Source: an uncultured Rhizobiaceae bacterium (GTDB lineage Bacteria > Pseudomonadota > Alphaproteobacteria > UBA828). From it: a DNA stretch of 64,000 nt. Position numbers and translations under genes: made by a program. Positions 30,636 through 40,666 of the stretch are shown here, piece by piece. Within the stretch, counting starts at the first letter, position 1; every line of letters begins with the position of its first letter. The stretch lies in NCBI GenBank assembly GCA_964429775.1, contig CAYSDJ010000011.1, forward strand, positions 2,692-66,691, written 5' to 3'. A model generated the notes under the pieces. The model ran no database searches, was not told the DNA's origin, and saw only the letters and a program-made list of their open reading frames with translations.

Positions 30636-32424
30636 TGATGCCGACCAAGGCGCTCGCCGCTTTGCTCAGCGCCCGGGCGCGCGCCCAGGGATCGGCAATC
30701 TTGGCTGCCACCTCGACAGCCTCGCCGAGGATCGCCCGCCCGGCGGCGCCATCGCCGCCCGCCGCCTGTGACGATGCCAGATCGGCGAGAACGAAGGCCT
30801 TGTCGAGCGGATTGGTCAATCCGCGCGCCAGGGTGATCGCCTCATTGCTGAGACGGGCGGCGCTATCTTGGTCACCATTGCCGCGCGCGATCCGGCTCAT
30901 CGTCACATAGGCATTGATGCGCAGTTTCATGTCTTGGATGGAATCGATCAGGCGCAGCGCTTCCACCATCTGGTGGCTGCGTGCCATGGCGAGCACGATG
31001 CGGGCAAGAACAAAGGAATGCATGTAGCCGAATTCAATGCCGCGCGCGTGCTTCAGCGCGTCGTCGAATTCCTTCAGTGCGGCGTGCGATGCCGCCAGGC
31101 AGGCGCGTGCCTGCTGGCGCTCGGCCGGGCGCGAGATGGCGGATAAGGTGGTTTGCGCGATCTCCAAGGTTTGCCGGGCGCGTTTTTCCCGCCCCGAGCG
31201 CAGTTCGGCAATAACGATATCGCACAGAGCCTGCACCCGGTTCTTGGCCGAGCCGATACGGGCGATCATGATATTGGCTTTGGCACCCTCGCCGACGGCG
31301 GCCATCAGCGATGCCATTTCACTGAGCGCCCATTCGCGGAACAGTTCGGCGGTGATGCTGTCGGCCAGGCGTTCGGCTTCCATGGCAAGGCCGTGCGCCA
31401 CATCGCCGTAACCGCGCGCCAGATAGGCGTGCGCGGTGGCGACCAATGTCGGCAGGCGCTCATGCGGCGCTTCGATCAGCGATACCGTCACCTCGGCGAA
31501 GTCCGGCCGGCCGGCGGCCAACTGCCCTTCCGCTACGGCGCGCAGCGCCTTGTCGCGCAGCGTTGCATCAGGGACCTGCTGGGCCGCCTCAAGCGCCTCT
31601 TCGATACGCCCGGCGCGGGCAAGCGCCACCGCGATACCGCTCAGTGCCGCAATCACCGAGCGCGGATCATTGATTGCCCGCGCCACGCGCAGCGCCTGAT
31701 CGGCCTGGCCGATGCGGGCCTGGGCCTGGATCACTTCGCTGAGCGCCCAATCGCGGAGATTATCCTTCTCGACGCTTTCCGCCGCGTGCTCCGCCTCAAC
31801 GATCAGGCAGGCCGGTTCGGGTGCCTGGTAGCAACCCTCGGCGCGTGCCTTGAGAACTTCGAGGTCTGGTTTTGCGCCAGTCACCACGGCGCGCGCCTGT
31901 TGCGCCCAATCCGGCCCGAAGGCCTGTTCGAGATCGTCCCTCGCCTGTTCGATCTGGTCTTTCTGGGCGCGGTCAAGGCGCAGCAGGAGATGTTGCGCGT
32001 CGCCGGCAGCCGAGGTCAGGGCATCAAGCAATTCATGGCTCGGCTTGCCATCGACGGGCAAATTGACAAAACGCTGGAAGGTACGGATGGCCTCGGCGGT
32101 CTCGGCCGACATGACGCCGCCGATACGTCCGCCATAAAGGCCGATTTCGGCCAGACGGAGCTGAATTTGGCGCACCAACAGGCTGTAGCGCCCGGTTTGG
32201 GTTTCGGCGTCAATATCCGTATCACCCAGCGCTGCCGGGATCAGATGGGGGCGGGCGTAGGGCGTACCGGGCTGCACTGTTGCGCCCGCGCCAGCCGCTC
32301 CGGCCGCGATGAGAATCAGCGCCATGGCCGATACAGCGGCGGCCCGCAGCCAGCGCTGCGTGTCAAAATCCGAATTCAATATTTTCTCCACAAGAGATAA
32401 TACCCGTCTGCGGCCCGCCGGCAT
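30625..32424 (-). CDS. membrane-anchored protein with a peptidoglycan-binding (PG_binding_1) domain and alpha-helical (TPR/HEAT-like) repeats
   Basis: RQIQLRLAEIGLYGG...IRTFQRFVNLPVDGKPSHELLDAL matches PG_binding_1; N-terminal hydrophobic anchor; start chosen at ATG 32424 (ORF begins at GTG 32442). Confidence 0.55.
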   Translation of the reverse strand: MPAGRRRVLSLVEKILNSDFDTQRWLRAAAVSAMALILIAAGAAGAGATVQPGTPYARPHLIPAALGDTDIDAETQTGRYSLLVRQIQLRLAEIGLYGGRIGGVMSAETAEAIRTFQRFVNLPVDGKPSHELLDALTSAAGDAQHLLLRLDRAQKDQIEQARDDLEQAFGPDWAQQARAVVTGAKPDLEVLKARAEGCYQAPEPACLIVEAEHAAESVEKDNLRDWALSEVIQAQARIGQADQALRVARAINDPRSVIAALSGIAVALARAGRIEEALEAAQQVPDATLRDKALRAVAEGQLAAGRPDFAEVTVSLIEAPHERLPTLVATAHAYLARGYGDVAHGLAMEAERLADSITAELFREWALSEMASLMAAVGEGAKANIMIARIGSAKNRVQALCDIVIAELRSGREKRARQTLEIAQTTLSAISRPAERQQARACLAASHAALKEFDDALKHARGIEFGYMHSFVLARIVLAMARSHQMVEALRLIDSIQDMKLRINAYVTMSRIARGNGDQDSAARLSNEAITLARGLTNPLDKAFVLADLASSQAAGGDGAAGRAILGEAVEVAAKIADPWARARALSKAASALVGINGI

Positions 32425-32425
32425 A

Positions 32426-32453
32426 TTGAATAAGGCCGGCACATACCCATATT
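32426..32453 (+). promoter_or_regulatory. sigma32 (RpoH)-type heat-shock promoter for hsp20
   Basis: TTGAAT-N14-CCCATATT matches the TTGAAA-N13-15-CCCCATnT consensus. Confidence 0.5.
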
Positions 32454-32459
32454 AGCTTG

Positions 32460-32582
32460 GCAGGTGGCGCTGATCGTTCAGGCCGGCCTGTGGTGAGGTC
32501 GTGGCGCGCCGGTTTTTCCGGATAATTCGCGCATTTGCGGCCTTGTCGTCGAAATACTCGCTCGCGAGGAGGAGTGCCGACG
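32460..32582 (+). promoter_or_regulatory. long structured 5'UTR of hsp20, possibly a ROSE-type RNA thermometer
   Basis: ~120-nt leader with hairpins (CCGGtttttCCGG) and a strong SD GAGGAGGAG flanked by CUCGCUCG. ROSE elements commonly precede alphaproteobacterial hsp20 genes. Not folded here. Confidence 0.3.
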
Positions 32583-33074
32583 ATGACAAGATTATCGCCG
32601 TTCAACAGCCCGCTTCTGCTCGGGTTCGATCACCTCGAACAAATTTTGCAGCGGGTATCGAAAACTTCCGGCGACGGATATCCCCCCTATAACGTGCTGC
32701 AGACGGATGAAGACTGTCTGCGCATCAGCTTGGCCGTGGCCGGCTTTAGCGAGGATGAATTATCTGTGACGGTGGAGCAGAACCAGTTGCACATCCACGG
32801 CCGTCAGGAGGAAGACCCGGATGCCGTCTTTTTGCACCGTGGCATTGCGGCCCGGCGCTTTCACCGCACATTTTTGCTCGCCGAGAGCATCGAAGTGGAA
32901 GGGGCGACGCTCGACAATGGGCTCTTGAACATCGATCTGGTGCGGCCCGAACCGGCGCAATCGGTGCGCACCGTCGAAATCCAGCGCCGCGCGGCAAAGG
33001 GCGGCGAGAAGAGGCAGCTCTATGAGGGCGCGCGGGATCGCAAGGCAGCGACTACCGGAAGGAGGTCATTATGA
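32583..33074 (+). CDS. Hsp20/alpha-crystallin family small heat-shock protein (IbpA-like)
   Basis: GYPPYNV and GLLNIDL motifs; start ATG 32583 behind SD GAGGAGGAG. Confidence 0.85.
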   Translation: MTRLSPFNSPLLLGFDHLEQILQRVSKTSGDGYPPYNVLQTDEDCLRISLAVAGFSEDELSVTVEQNQLHIHGRQEEDPDAVFLHRGIAARRFHRTFLLAESIEVEGATLDNGLLNIDLVRPEPAQSVRTVEIQRRAAKGGEKRQLYEGARDRKAATTGRRSL

Positions 33075-33286
33075 ATATCAAGGCAGACCACCGTTTGGAC
33101 CTGGATGCCACGCTTGGCGGCCCCGGCAATTCCAATATCGTGTTTATCGACCGCCGCCCGTGGGAGGGCAAGCTGCGCTATGTCATCGTCGATGGCGAGA
33201 GCGAAATCATCGGCGTTGCCGATGACCGCGAGGTCGCCTTTGCCGCGGCGCGGCAATATGGCCTGGAGCCTGTCAGCGCCCACTAA
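33071..33286 (+). CDS. DUF1150-family small protein (Hsp20-associated)
   Basis: 71 aa; ATGA overlap with hsp20. This pairing is typical in Rhizobiales. Confidence 0.7.
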   Translation: MNIKADHRLDLDATLGGPGNSNIVFIDRRPWEGKLRYVIVDGESEIIGVADDREVAFAAARQYGLEPVSAH

Positions 33287-33288
33287 GC

Positions 33289-35082
33289 CTAGAAATCATC
33301 CTCGTCGAATTGCGCCATGGCGGTTTTTCCGGTCATGATGCGCAGGAACAGCGATGCCGATTCGGGCAGCAGCTTGTACATATAGAAGCGCGCCGTCTTC
33401 ATTTTGTTTTCATAATAGCGCGCATCGCCATCCGCATCGCCGTTTGATTTCTTCACTGCCTTTTCGGCCATCAGCAACCACATATAGCCGATCGCCACGA
33501 GGCCGAACATTTTAAGATAGTCGGTGGCGACGGCGGCTGCTTCTTCCGGATCGCCCAGGCCTTTTTGCGCAATCACCAGGGTCGCCTGTTGCAGCTTGCC
33601 GAGCGCCTTGGCGAACGGCAGGACGAGGTCTTTCAACGCTTCGTCTTCCTGATGTTCCTCGACAAAGGCGGTCGCCGGGTGGAAGAAATGGCGCAGCAGG
33701 CGGCCGGTATTCATGCCCAGTTTGCGCCCGACCAGATCGAGCGCCTGGATGCCATTGGTACCTTCATAGAGCTGGGCGATGCGCGCATCACGCACCAATT
33801 GTTCCATGCCATGCTCGGCGATATAGCCATGCCCGCCATGTACCTGGACCGCCAGATTTGCGGCTTCGAAGCCACGGTCGGTGAGGAAGGCCTTGATGAT
33901 CGGCGTCATCAACTGCACCAGCTCATCGGCGTCGCGGCGCACTTCGGCGTCCGGATGCTTGGCCGAGATATCGAGCTTCAACGCCGTCCAATAGGCAAGC
34001 GCGCGGGTGCCCTCATTATAGGCGCGCGCGGTAAGCAGCATGTTGCGCACGTCGGGGTGAACGATGATCGGATCGGCCTTCTCGCCACTGTCTGCGCCCT
34101 TGGCCAGGCTCTTGCCCGAGCGCCGCTCTTTCGCGTACACGGTGGCTGATTGATAGGCGGTCTCGCCGAGCGCCAAGCCTTGCATGCCGACGCCGAGGCG
34201 CGCACCATTCATCATGGTGAACATGCAACGGAGACCCTTATGCGGCTCGCCAATGAGATAGCCTTCAGCATCGTCGAAATTGAGCACGCAGGTGGCCGAA
34301 CCGTGAATGCCCATTTTCTTTTCGATCGAGCCACACGAGACGCCGTTGCGCGGGCCGAGCGCGCCATCCGTCTTGACGTTGACTTTCGGCACCAGGAAAA
34401 GCGAGATGCCGCGCACGCCGTCCGGCGCATCGGGCAGCTTGGCCAAAACCAAATGAATAATATTATCGGCCAGATCATGCTCGCCGCCGGTGATGAACAT
34501 CTTGCTGCCGCTGATGCGGTAGGCGCCGTTGTCGCCGGGCATCGCCTTGGTGCGAATGAGGCCGAGATCGGTGCCGCAATGGCTCTCGGTTAAGCACATG
34601 GTGCCGCTCCACGAGCCGTCGGTCAGATGCGGCAAGTAGGTATCTTTGAGGGTGTCGCTGGCATGGGTCTCGATTAAGGCGGCGGCACCGCGTGACAATA
34701 ACGGATAGACGCCGAAGGCGAGGTTGGTTGAGCACACCATCTCCTCGATAACGAAATTGAGCAGCGCCGGCAGCCCCTGGCCGCCATATTTCGGGTCGGA
34801 CGAGATCGATTGCCAGCCGGCGCCGACAAAATCGTCATAGGCCTGTTTGAAACCGGCCGGCGTGCGCACCACGCCATTTTCATAGGTGCAGCCCTCTTCA
34901 TCACCAATACGATTCAGCGGCAGCAGCTTGTCTTCGCAGAATTTGGCGCCCTCTTCCATGATGGCGTCGATGGTGTCCGCGGTGGCGTCTTCATAGCCGG
35001 GCAGTTTGGATAATTGATCCGCTTCGAGCATTTCATGCAGGACGAAACGCATGTCGCGCAAGGGTGCTTTATAGGTTTGCAT
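33289..35082 (-). CDS. acyl-CoA dehydrogenase (long, ~600 aa, with C-terminal domain)
   Basis: ACAD N-terminal, middle and C-terminal domains plus a C-terminal extension; head of the fad operon. Confidence 0.85.
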   Translation of the reverse strand: MQTYKAPLRDMRFVLHEMLEADQLSKLPGYEDATADTIDAIMEEGAKFCEDKLLPLNRIGDEEGCTYENGVVRTPAGFKQAYDDFVGAGWQSISSDPKYGGQGLPALLNFVIEEMVCSTNLAFGVYPLLSRGAAALIETHASDTLKDTYLPHLTDGSWSGTMCLTESHCGTDLGLIRTKAMPGDNGAYRISGSKMFITGGEHDLADNIIHLVLAKLPDAPDGVRGISLFLVPKVNVKTDGALGPRNGVSCGSIEKKMGIHGSATCVLNFDDAEGYLIGEPHKGLRCMFTMMNGARLGVGMQGLALGETAYQSATVYAKERRSGKSLAKGADSGEKADPIIVHPDVRNMLLTARAYNEGTRALAYWTALKLDISAKHPDAEVRRDADELVQLMTPIIKAFLTDRGFEAANLAVQVHGGHGYIAEHGMEQLVRDARIAQLYEGTNGIQALDLVGRKLGMNTGRLLRHFFHPATAFVEEHQEDEALKDLVLPFAKALGKLQQATLVIAQKGLGDPEEAAAVATDYLKMFGLVAIGYMWLLMAEKAVKKSNGDADGDARYYENKMKTARFYMYKLLPESASLFLRIMTGKTAMAQFDEDDF

Positions 35083-35101
35083 AGTCTGTTTCTCCTGCCG
35101 C

Positions 35102-37435
35102 CTAGTTTCTCAGCGGCTTGCCGGTTTCCAGCATATGTTCCATGCGGGCCATGGTGAGAGGGTCGCGCGACAGCGTTATCAGCGCCTTGCGCTCGAGCGC
35201 GGAGAGATCGTCCTCACTCACCGCATCGGTGGTATCCGTCTTGCCGCCGGTGAGGACGATGCCGAGCTGATCGACCACGGTGAGGTCGTGCGGTGTCGCC
35301 TTGCGCGTTTTGGCCAGGCCGCGCACCGCCATCATCAGCGCCACGCGGGCCGATTTGCCGGGCAGTTTGATCTCCTGCGGCTCGGGCGCTTGATAGCCCT
35401 CGGCCAGCTCAAGCGCGCGCGCCTTGGCATCAGCGAGAAGCCGGTCGCGGTTGGCGGTGACGCGGTCACCGTCGCGCAAATAGCCCATCTCGAAGGCCTG
35501 CGCCGCCGAGCGCGATACCTTGGCCAGGCCGATGGTCTGGAACAGTTTGGATATCACCGGCATGGCGCCGCCGCCGAGAAGACCACGGCTCTTGCCGGTC
35601 AGGTTGCGCACCAATAATTCCTTGCAGCCGCCCCAGCCGGGAATGAGGCCGACGCCGACCTCGACCAGGCCGATATAGGATTCGGCATGGGCCTGCACCG
35701 CGTCGCAGTGGAGAAGGCTTTCGCAGCCGCCACCCAAGGCCATGCCCGAAGGCGCGCCGACCACCGGGAAGGGTGCGAATTTGAGCGCCTTAAAGGCATC
35801 CTGGCCCTGCTTGATCATGTCTTCCATCATCGGCCAGGCGCCGACATTGATGGCAAACAATGCCAAGCCCAGATTGACCCCAACCGAATAATTGCTGCCC
35901 TCATTGTGCAGCACCAGGGCCTTGAAGTCCTTGCTCACGGTTTCGACCGATTTACCGATCAGGCCAAGGGTTTCCGGGTCGATGGCGTTCATCTTGCTGT
36001 GGAATTCGAGGCAGGCGACGCCGTCGCCGATATCCCAGAGACTTGCCGAGCCGTTGCGCATGATCGGCTTCGAGGCGCGTTTGACATCGCTCAGCAACAG
36101 CACGCCGGCCGGGCGCTCAATCGTCACATAGCTGCCGTCGGTGCTGAGATATTGCAGGCGGCCCTGTTCGGTGCGGTAAAATCCGCCCTTCTCGGCGGCG
36201 AGAGCCAACAGCGCCGGGACTTCACGGTTTTCCGCTTTTAGGCGTTCCACCAACCAGTCGGCGCCGATCTTGTCGATCAGCTCGAACGGCCCGCCCTTCC
36301 AGGCATAGCCGAGTTTCATCGCGTCATCGGCCGCGACCACATTATCGGCGATCTCGGGGATGAGATCGGCGGCATAACAAAGCGTGCTCGACATGACCTG
36401 CCAGGCGAAGGCACTGGAGGCATCGTCATGCTCGAACAATTTGCGCGGCGAGCGCTTGGCGGCGCGCACGCTGTCCGGTGTCGGCCGGAGAGCTTTCGAG
36501 TAATTTCCGCTGGCGAGGTCGATCACTTCCTTGATCGGTTTGCTGCCTTCCTTGTTGAGGCGGTAAAATCCGCCCTTGCCTTTGCGTCCGATCGAGCCCT
36601 CGGCGATCATTTTCTTGATCAGTTCGGGCTCGCCGTAAAGCGTGCGGTAGGCGTCATTTTCAGGCACGGCGTCATAGAGGCTTTTGCTCACCAGCGGCAT
36701 CAGGTCGATGCCGACCAGGTCCATCAGGCCGAAAATGCCGGTCTTGGGGATGCCGAGCGCGCGGCCGATGGCGGCGTCGGCCTCCTCGACCGTGACATTG
36801 CCCTTGAAAGCCTCGACCACCGCTGCCTGAATCCAGAAGGTGCCAATGCGGTTGGCGATAAAGCCCGGTGTGTCCTTGCAGTCGACGACGCCCTTGCCGA
36901 GCTTGATATCGGCAAATTCGCTGACCGTCGCAATCGCTTCGGGCCGGGTTTTCTCGCCGGCGACAATCTCCAAGAGACGCATATAGCGCGGCGGATTGAA
37001 GAAGTGGGTGATGAGGAAATCGCGCTGGAAACTCTCATCCATGCCCTCCATCAGATCGCGGCACGGAATGGTCGAGGTGTTGGACGAGACGATGCTGCCG
37101 TCTTTGCGCACGCCATCGATCATGCGGTAGATCGACTGCTTGATATCGCGCTTCTCGATCACCGCCTCGACGATCCAGTCGGCATCGGCGAGCAGTTTCA
37201 GGTCATCCTCGATATTGCCGCAGGTAACGCGTTTGGCGGTGCGTTTTTCCATGAAGGCGGCGGGTTCGGTTTTGAGCATGCGTTCGACGGCACCCAGCGC
37301 CAGCTCGCTGCGTTTCTTGGCGCCGTCCGGCACGATATCGAGCAGCACCACGTCATGGCCGGCATTGGCGACATGGGCGGCGATGCCGCTGCCCATCAGG
37401 CCGGCGCCGATAACGGCAACCTTGTTAATCGCCAT
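35102..37435 (-). CDS. fused 3-hydroxyacyl-CoA dehydrogenase (N-terminal) / enoyl-CoA hydratase (C-terminal), fatty-acid oxidation complex alpha subunit
   Basis: VIGAGLMGSGIA Rossmann fold and 3HCDH domains, then crotonase fold. Confidence 0.85.
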   Translation of the reverse strand: MAINKVAVIGAGLMGSGIAAHVANAGHDVVLLDIVPDGAKKRSELALGAVERMLKTEPAAFMEKRTAKRVTCGNIEDDLKLLADADWIVEAVIEKRDIKQSIYRMIDGVRKDGSIVSSNTSTIPCRDLMEGMDESFQRDFLITHFFNPPRYMRLLEIVAGEKTRPEAIATVSEFADIKLGKGVVDCKDTPGFIANRIGTFWIQAAVVEAFKGNVTVEEADAAIGRALGIPKTGIFGLMDLVGIDLMPLVSKSLYDAVPENDAYRTLYGEPELIKKMIAEGSIGRKGKGGFYRLNKEGSKPIKEVIDLASGNYSKALRPTPDSVRAAKRSPRKLFEHDDASSAFAWQVMSSTLCYAADLIPEIADNVVAADDAMKLGYAWKGGPFELIDKIGADWLVERLKAENREVPALLALAAEKGGFYRTEQGRLQYLSTDGSYVTIERPAGVLLLSDVKRASKPIMRNGSASLWDIGDGVACLEFHSKMNAIDPETLGLIGKSVETVSKDFKALVLHNEGSNYSVGVNLGLALFAINVGAWPMMEDMIKQGQDAFKALKFAPFPVVGAPSGMALGGGCESLLHCDAVQAHAESYIGLVEVGVGLIPGWGGCKELLVRNLTGKSRGLLGGGAMPVISKLFQTIGLAKVSRSAAQAFEMGYLRDGDRVTANRDRLLADAKARALELAEGYQAPEPQEIKLPGKSARVALMMAVRGLAKTRKATPHDLTVVDQLGIVLTGGKTDTTDAVSEDDLSALERKALITLSRDPLTMARMEHMLETGKPLRN

Positions 37436-38571
37436 CAGGCCGCCTCAAGCACGGTCGAGATGCCCTGGCCGCCGCCGATGCATTGGGTGGCGAGCGCGTA
37501 TTTTTTACTTTCACGCTTCAGGAGCTGCGCCGCCTTGCCGGTGATGCGCGCACCCGTGGCGCCAAGCGGATGGCCGAGCGCCATGGCGCCACCGTCGAGG
37601 TTCATCTTGTCGAGATCGATCGAAAGTTCGCGCACGCAGGCGAGCGCCTGCACGGCGAAGGCCTCATTGAGCTCGATCAGGTCGATATCCGACATGCCGA
37701 TGCCGGCGCGCTCGAGCGCCTTCACCGTGGAGACGACCGGGCCATAGCCCATGATCTCGGGCTGGCAACCGGCGACGGCGATGCTTTTGATCGACGCCAG
37801 GACGTCGAGATTGTTGGCGCTGGCGAAATCCTCGGTACAGACCAGCACGGCGGAGGCGCCGTCGGTGAGTGGTGAGGATGTCGCGGCTGTCACCGTGCCC
37901 TCGGCATCGAAGGCCGGTTCCAGACCGGCCAGCGCTTCCATGTTGGTGCCGGGGCGGATACAGCCGTCCTGATCGACCGTTTCGCCCTCGCAATCCACGG
38001 GCACGATCTCGCCGGCGAGGCGGCCTTCCTCACGCGCGGCCGTCGCCTTGGCATGGCTGGAAACGGCGAGCTGTTCCTGCTCCTCGCGCGGTATCTGGTA
38101 TTTCTGCGCCAGGTTTTCCGCCGTCTCGCCCATCGCCATATAGGCGCCTTCATTCTTTTCGTAGAGATCGGCATTGGGCATCGGGTTGTAGCCGCCCATC
38201 GGAATACGCGACATCGATTCGACGCCGGCGCAAATGAATGCGTCGCCGGCATTCATCTGAATGGCGCCAGCGGCAAAGTGGATCGATTGCATCGACGAAC
38301 CACAGAAACGGTTGACCGTGACGCCGGCGACGGAAATCGGCAGATCGGAGAGGAGGCCGACAATGCGCGCTACGTTGAAGCCCTGCTCGCCCTCCGGGAA
38401 GGCGCAGCCCATGATCAGATCCTCGATGCCGGCGGGATCGACGCCGCTCTGTTCGATCAGCCCGCGCACCACATCGGCAGCCAGATCGTCGGGCCGTTTT
38501 TTCACCAATTGACCCTTGTGGGCGAAATGGAAGGGTGATCTTTTGTATCCTGCGATGACAACGGGTTTCAT
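37435..38571 (-). CDS. fadA: acetyl-CoA C-acyltransferase (thiolase)
   Basis: Thiolase motifs NRFCGSS and GGGQG; 1-nt TGATG overlap with the downstream gene. Confidence 0.9.
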   Translation of the reverse strand: MKPVVIAGYKRSPFHFAHKGQLVKKRPDDLAADVVRGLIEQSGVDPAGIEDLIMGCAFPEGEQGFNVARIVGLLSDLPISVAGVTVNRFCGSSMQSIHFAAGAIQMNAGDAFICAGVESMSRIPMGGYNPMPNADLYEKNEGAYMAMGETAENLAQKYQIPREEQEQLAVSSHAKATAAREEGRLAGEIVPVDCEGETVDQDGCIRPGTNMEALAGLEPAFDAEGTVTAATSSPLTDGASAVLVCTEDFASANNLDVLASIKSIAVAGCQPEIMGYGPVVSTVKALERAGIGMSDIDLIELNEAFAVQALACVRELSIDLDKMNLDGGAMALGHPLGATGARITGKAAQLLKRESKKYALATQCIGGGQGISTVLEAA

Positions 38572-38636
38572 GGCTCTATCCTCGCGCTAATAAATTTGTC
38601 CGGCCTGTGTATCACGCCGGTCGGGTGGGTTTCGAC

Positions 38637-40355
38637 TCAAGAAGGTGCAGTTTTTTCGCGTTTGGCCGCTTCCTCCGCGATCAATTCCTTCTTCGACAAT
38701 TTGCCGATCAGGGTTTTCGGCAATTCGTCGCGGAATTCGATCTGCTTGGGCATTTCGATGGCGGAGAGCTTGTCTTTGAGGAAGGCGCTGAGGCCTTCCG
38801 CGTCCAAGCTCTGGCCGGCACGCAGTTTGACATACGCCTTGACCGTCTCCTGGCGGTACTCGTCCTCGATGCCGGCAACGGTCACTTCCTCGACCGCCGG
38901 GTGGCGGTATATCGCCTCTTCGACGTGGCGCGGATAGATATTGTAGCCGCCGGCGATAATAACTTCTTTCAGCCGGTCGATGAGGAAGGTGTAGCCGTCC
39001 TCGTCTATATAGCCGACATCGCCGGTATGGAAACGCCCGTCAAGGAGGGCCGCTGCGCTTTCCTCGGCGCGGTTCCAATAGCCGCGCATGACCTGCGGGC
39101 CGGTGATGCAAATCTCGCCGGTCTCGCCTTGCGGCAAAACGGTTGAGGGGTTTTCGACATCGGTTATCTCGACAATCGTGCCCGGCGTCGGCAGGCCGAG
39201 CGAGCCGGCGCGCGATGAGCCGGTTGGCGGATTACAGAGGGCCACCGGCGAGGTTTCGCTCAGGCCATAGCCTTCCAACAGGCGGCAGCCGGAGAGGGAT
39301 TCGAATTTCTCCTGCACGTCGCGCGGCAGGGTATCGCCGCCGGCGAGGCAATATTTCATCGATGTCAGATCGTATTTTTTTGCCGCGACATCGGGATGGT
39401 TGTTGATCGCGATATAGATCGTCGGCACGGCGGGGAAGAAGGTCGGGCGCTTTTTGTGGATGATCTTGAGCGCCGCCTCCAATTCGAAGCGTGGCAGCAG
39501 GATCATCTTGGCGCCGGCATGGACGCTGAAATTCATCACCACCGTCATGGCGAAGACATGAAAGATCGGCAGCACACCCATCATCACTTCCTCGCCGAAC
39601 CTGGTTTCGGGGAAGAAATAGGTCGCCTGCTGCACATTGGTGGAGAGATTTGCGTGCGTCAGCATGGCGCCCTTGGGCCGGCCGGTGGTGCCGCCGGTAT
39701 ATTGCAGCACCGCGATATCCTCATGCGGATCGATCTCGACCGCCGCCGGCCGGCCGTCATTGGCGGTCAGGCTCTTAAACGAGATGTGGCGGCTATCGGA
39801 AGGTATCTGGGCGATGGAGCTGCGTCGCAACAGTTTATAGAGCAGGCTTTTCGGGAATGGCAGTTGCTCGGCCATGGTGACGACAACGATTTTTTTTAGG
39901 CCTGTATTGCCCAGCATTTGGGCCGCTTTATCGTAGATCATCGGCATGTCGAGGGTGATCATGGTCTCGCATTCGGAATCCTCGATCTGCTCGCGGATCT
40001 GGTCCTCGGCGTAAAGCGGATTGAAATTGACCACTGTGCCGCCGGCCCTCAAGACGGCGTAGTACGAGATCACCATAGCCGGGCAGTTGGGCAGCATCAG
40101 GCCGACGCGGCTGCCATTTTTAACCCCTTCGTCCTGCAAACCCTTGGCGGCGCGCTTCACCAGATCGGCCACTTCGCTGAAGCTGTAGATACGGTCCATG
40201 AAATCGATGGCGGGCCGGCTACCGTATTTTTTCTCTGCCGTGTCCATCAGGTCCGGCATGGCGCAGGCGGTGAGCGGCGCGTGCCAATCGATATCATCGG
40301 GCAGAGATTTTTCCCAAAAATGGGTTTCAGCGTTGGCCTGCGTCTGATCGGGCAT
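38637..40355 (-). CDS. fadD: long-chain fatty acid--CoA ligase
   Basis: YTGGTTGRPKGA AMP-binding motif and FACS motif; start ATG 40355 behind SD GGAG. Confidence 0.85.
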   Translation of the reverse strand: MPDQTQANAETHFWEKSLPDDIDWHAPLTACAMPDLMDTAEKKYGSRPAIDFMDRIYSFSEVADLVKRAAKGLQDEGVKNGSRVGLMLPNCPAMVISYYAVLRAGGTVVNFNPLYAEDQIREQIEDSECETMITLDMPMIYDKAAQMLGNTGLKKIVVVTMAEQLPFPKSLLYKLLRRSSIAQIPSDSRHISFKSLTANDGRPAAVEIDPHEDIAVLQYTGGTTGRPKGAMLTHANLSTNVQQATYFFPETRFGEEVMMGVLPIFHVFAMTVVMNFSVHAGAKMILLPRFELEAALKIIHKKRPTFFPAVPTIYIAINNHPDVAAKKYDLTSMKYCLAGGDTLPRDVQEKFESLSGCRLLEGYGLSETSPVALCNPPTGSSRAGSLGLPTPGTIVEITDVENPSTVLPQGETGEICITGPQVMRGYWNRAEESAAALLDGRFHTGDVGYIDEDGYTFLIDRLKEVIIAGGYNIYPRHVEEAIYRHPAVEEVTVAGIEDEYRQETVKAYVKLRAGQSLDAEGLSAFLKDKLSAIEMPKQIEFRDELPKTLIGKLSKKELIAEEAAKREKTAPS

Positions 40356-40539
40356 TGGTCTTACTCCACAGCACGCGGCGGCGAGAATTCGCCCCGCCAT
40401 TCATGGCCGCTCAAACGATAGATGTAGTAAATGCTGAACATTTTGTATAATATTTACTCACGGCCATTCGGGTCAAGCGATTTTGAACCATTTGTGGCGC
40501 TGGGCGCAATATTTCTCCGGCGTCGAAGAAAAGTGCGCG

Positions 40540-40547
40540 TTAACCAT
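40540..40547 (+). promoter_or_regulatory. CtrA-type 8-mer TTAACCAT
   Basis: Exact match to the CtrA half-site consensus, ~140 nt upstream of the CheY gene in a low-GC intergenic region. Confidence 0.45.
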
Positions 40548-40638
40548 GTTAAGTGTTAGCCAAGTTGTGCTTCGAGGGGTTAATAGTAATTTACCGAACT
40601 TGACGTTGTGGACTGGCCGGACCACAGTTGTTACCGGG

Positions 40639-40666
40639 ATGGTTAACCATAATTACAAGCTATAAT
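40639..40666 (+). promoter_or_regulatory. perfect palindrome ATGGTTAACCAT (TTAACCAT on both strands) over the -35 position, plus a TATAAT -10
   Basis: Palindrome 40639-40650; TATAAT 40661-40666; ATG at 40689. Confidence 0.5.
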
